In this document: one piece after another, positions 62,255-64,000 of the stretch | How positions within the stretch are numbered: position 1 is the first letter of the stretch | Layout of the letters: each line of letters begins with the position of its first letter | Source of the DNA: Salisapilia sapeloensis CBS 127946 | Taxonomy: Eukaryota > Protista > Oomycota | DNA length: 64,000 nucleotides | Direction of reading: 5' to 3' | Assembly: GCA_023334545.1 (NCBI GenBank) | Contig: JAADVB010000003.1 | Location: 62,001-126,000 of the forward strand | Position numbers and translations under genes: made by a program | Notes under the pieces: model-generated | The model's database searches: none | Seen by the model: only the letters and a program-made list of their open reading frames with translations | What the model was told of the DNA's origin: nothing

Positions 62255-63855
62255 TCATTGGTATTTGATGGTGGTAGTTGGATGGATGGTTGGTACGAGT
62301 TGCTGGGAATGGAGAGGCATGGTCATTTCTTTCGTTGTCAGACGTTGCTGCGTTTGCTTGGATGTAGTCTCATCAGACGAAACTATCGACTCGTTGATAC
62401 CTAGAGACGCATCGTTGGGTTGCCGAATTTCTTCCACGAGCTCATCATCTACCTTTCTTGATGCATCGTCTTCCAGCCATTGTTTCATACTACCAACTTG
62501 CACTTCTTCTTTGGGATGTAAGAGCGCGAACTTGCCGACGACACCGATACCCAAGACCTTTTCAGGAATGAAATCTCCGCAAGACTAGTAAAACATACAT
62601 TAGACGTTGTGGCAAACAGAAATCGAGTAGGTTACCACATAGTTCTGTACCAGTAACTTGGTACAGGGATTTCCATTATGCTCTTGCAGGATCTTGATCG
62701 CTTCTGTGAACGGACGATTATCGATGCGTCCGTCATTCACGGCGACAATGCAGTTATTAGACTGCACCTGAACCCAATCAATGTCTCCAGTCGCGTCATC
62801 GACCTTACCAATTCGTTTAAGCATGATACTTGGCTGGTCTATAAAGTCACATTCCGCTGTGCTCTCTACTTCCACTAGTCGCTCATACAGGTATAGTTCG
62901 AACTGGAAGATCTCTCCGACAGAGTCCTGGATCATAGCATTACACCCACTCGCGACCACTTGTCGACGCATAGCATTTATATCTAAGTTTTATAAGATAA
63001 AAGTATCGTCTATCAAGATATAGCGCTGGACGTACCGCTTTGGACGTAGACAAAGTGGATAAACGTATCACTCGGAATGTCATGAGAGTCGATCGTAATC
63101 TGGCTGTGACTACCTTTAGGTACGGCGTAGTAAGAAGTGGTTTGGAGCTCAGTCGAATCGTCTTCTGAAAAAATGAGTTGGATATAATCTCGATTTGAAT
63201 GGTTTTCTGGCGCTGTTACGTCAATTGTAAGCTTCGCTCCGCGTTGCACTTGTGCTCCAAGGTCCAGTTGGATGATACCACTCGGTCGGAAGGCTAGTAG
63301 TTGAATGGAATAATCTGAGGAAGGCGTTCGACGTTGGAGACTGTATCGTATTCCTTCTACTAGATCGACGTGTTCCAAGAGATGACCTCTATTGAGCAGG
63401 TCTTGTGGCAACAGTCCGACATGATTCCGCACTGGTTCCGCGTTATATTCCAACAAAAGGTTTACGAGAGGGAAGCATGACGCATGACATGCATAATGAA
63501 GAGCTGTCCATCCTTTATCATCTTGATGGTGGACATTCGCATTATACGACAAAAGTAGTGATAGGATTTCCATGCGTCGAGATACAGACGCATCGATCCG
63601 GCTTGAATCACCTTCATCACTATCATCGTCACTACCACCCTCCTTCATCGTACTAGCCTTTTCCAATTCAGCATACCATTCATCATCTATTTCTTCTACT
63701 GGCGACATGCAATGAGCAATCGTCATGACCAGCGGCGTCCGTCCATTCTCATCCTCTTCTTCTACCTGTGCAGCCGTGCTGGACTTGAGCAGCAGTCGAA
63801 TGACATCAATGTCACCTCGTGCACAAGCACTGTGCAGCGTCATGCTGTTCCCCAT
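62255..63855 (-). CDS. Ankyrin-repeat protein with a beta-rich middle domain and a PDZ-like segment, 3 exons
   Basis: LHSACARGDIDVIRLLL, DENGRTPL, DDKGWTALHYACHAS; exon 2 CIVAVNDGRIDNRPFTEAIKILQE (PDZ alphaB-like); splices VQS|DINAM and QNY(V)|SCGDF join track ORFs 63013.., 62600.. and 62255.. Confidence 0.72.
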
Positions 63856-64000
63856 CGTCGTCAGGATATTGAGGGGAACGTCACTTGAGCGACTATTACG
63901 GATGGACGGTTTCGAAATGGCTACACGATGCTCTAATTTTATTGAATAATATATTTATCTATTCGATGTGATTGGGTGAAAAGAGCTTCAAGTACTATCC

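Noticed and set aside
1-64000. tRNA, rRNA, CRISPR arrays, prophage, or operon-like bacterial contamination (FtsZ, bL9, RluB-like, upp, DUF445)
   Set aside because: No cloverleaf, rRNA or spaced-repeat patterns seen. The bacterial-like genes carry spliceosomal introns and/or mitochondrial presequences or are embedded among nuclear genes, so they are not contamination.

Overview
This is a 64-kb window of a compact eukaryotic nuclear genome, most likely a flagellated (zoosporic) oomycete or related stramenopile. Supporting evidence: short (~50-90 nt) GT-AG introns with GTACG/GTAAG-type donors, oomycete INR/FPR-like core promoter motifs, a START-like/FYVE/GAF protein, a mitochondrial-type FtsZ, and the flagellar genes IFT172 and PF16/SPAG6. 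I can support about 35 protein-coding genes, many reconstructed by hand across introns. The ORF track ignores splicing and uses bacterial start codons, so it splits or misses PRP4, mago nashi, PIG-C, UPRT, MGMT and a MIC13-like microprotein. I saw no rRNA, tRNA, CRISPR array or intact mobile element. Two AT-rich, ORF-poor gaps (~19.1-21.5 kb, ~37.4-38.5 kb) may be decayed genes. The most interesting observations are: (1) a malonyl-CoA decarboxylase with a cNMP-binding-like domain between the enzyme and a terminal SKL peroxisomal signal; (2) an FtsZ ending in a MinD-like amphipathic membrane-targeting helix and carrying a G-to-C change in the GTPase signature; (3) a spliced 93-aa MIC12/MIC13-like protein with GxxxG and WN motifs; (4) a tandem two-repeat cyclic-nucleotide K+ channel with unequal halves; (5) a thioredoxin-SHP-UBA-PUB p97-cofactor-like protein. 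All assignments come from motif recognition by eye; no database searches were run.
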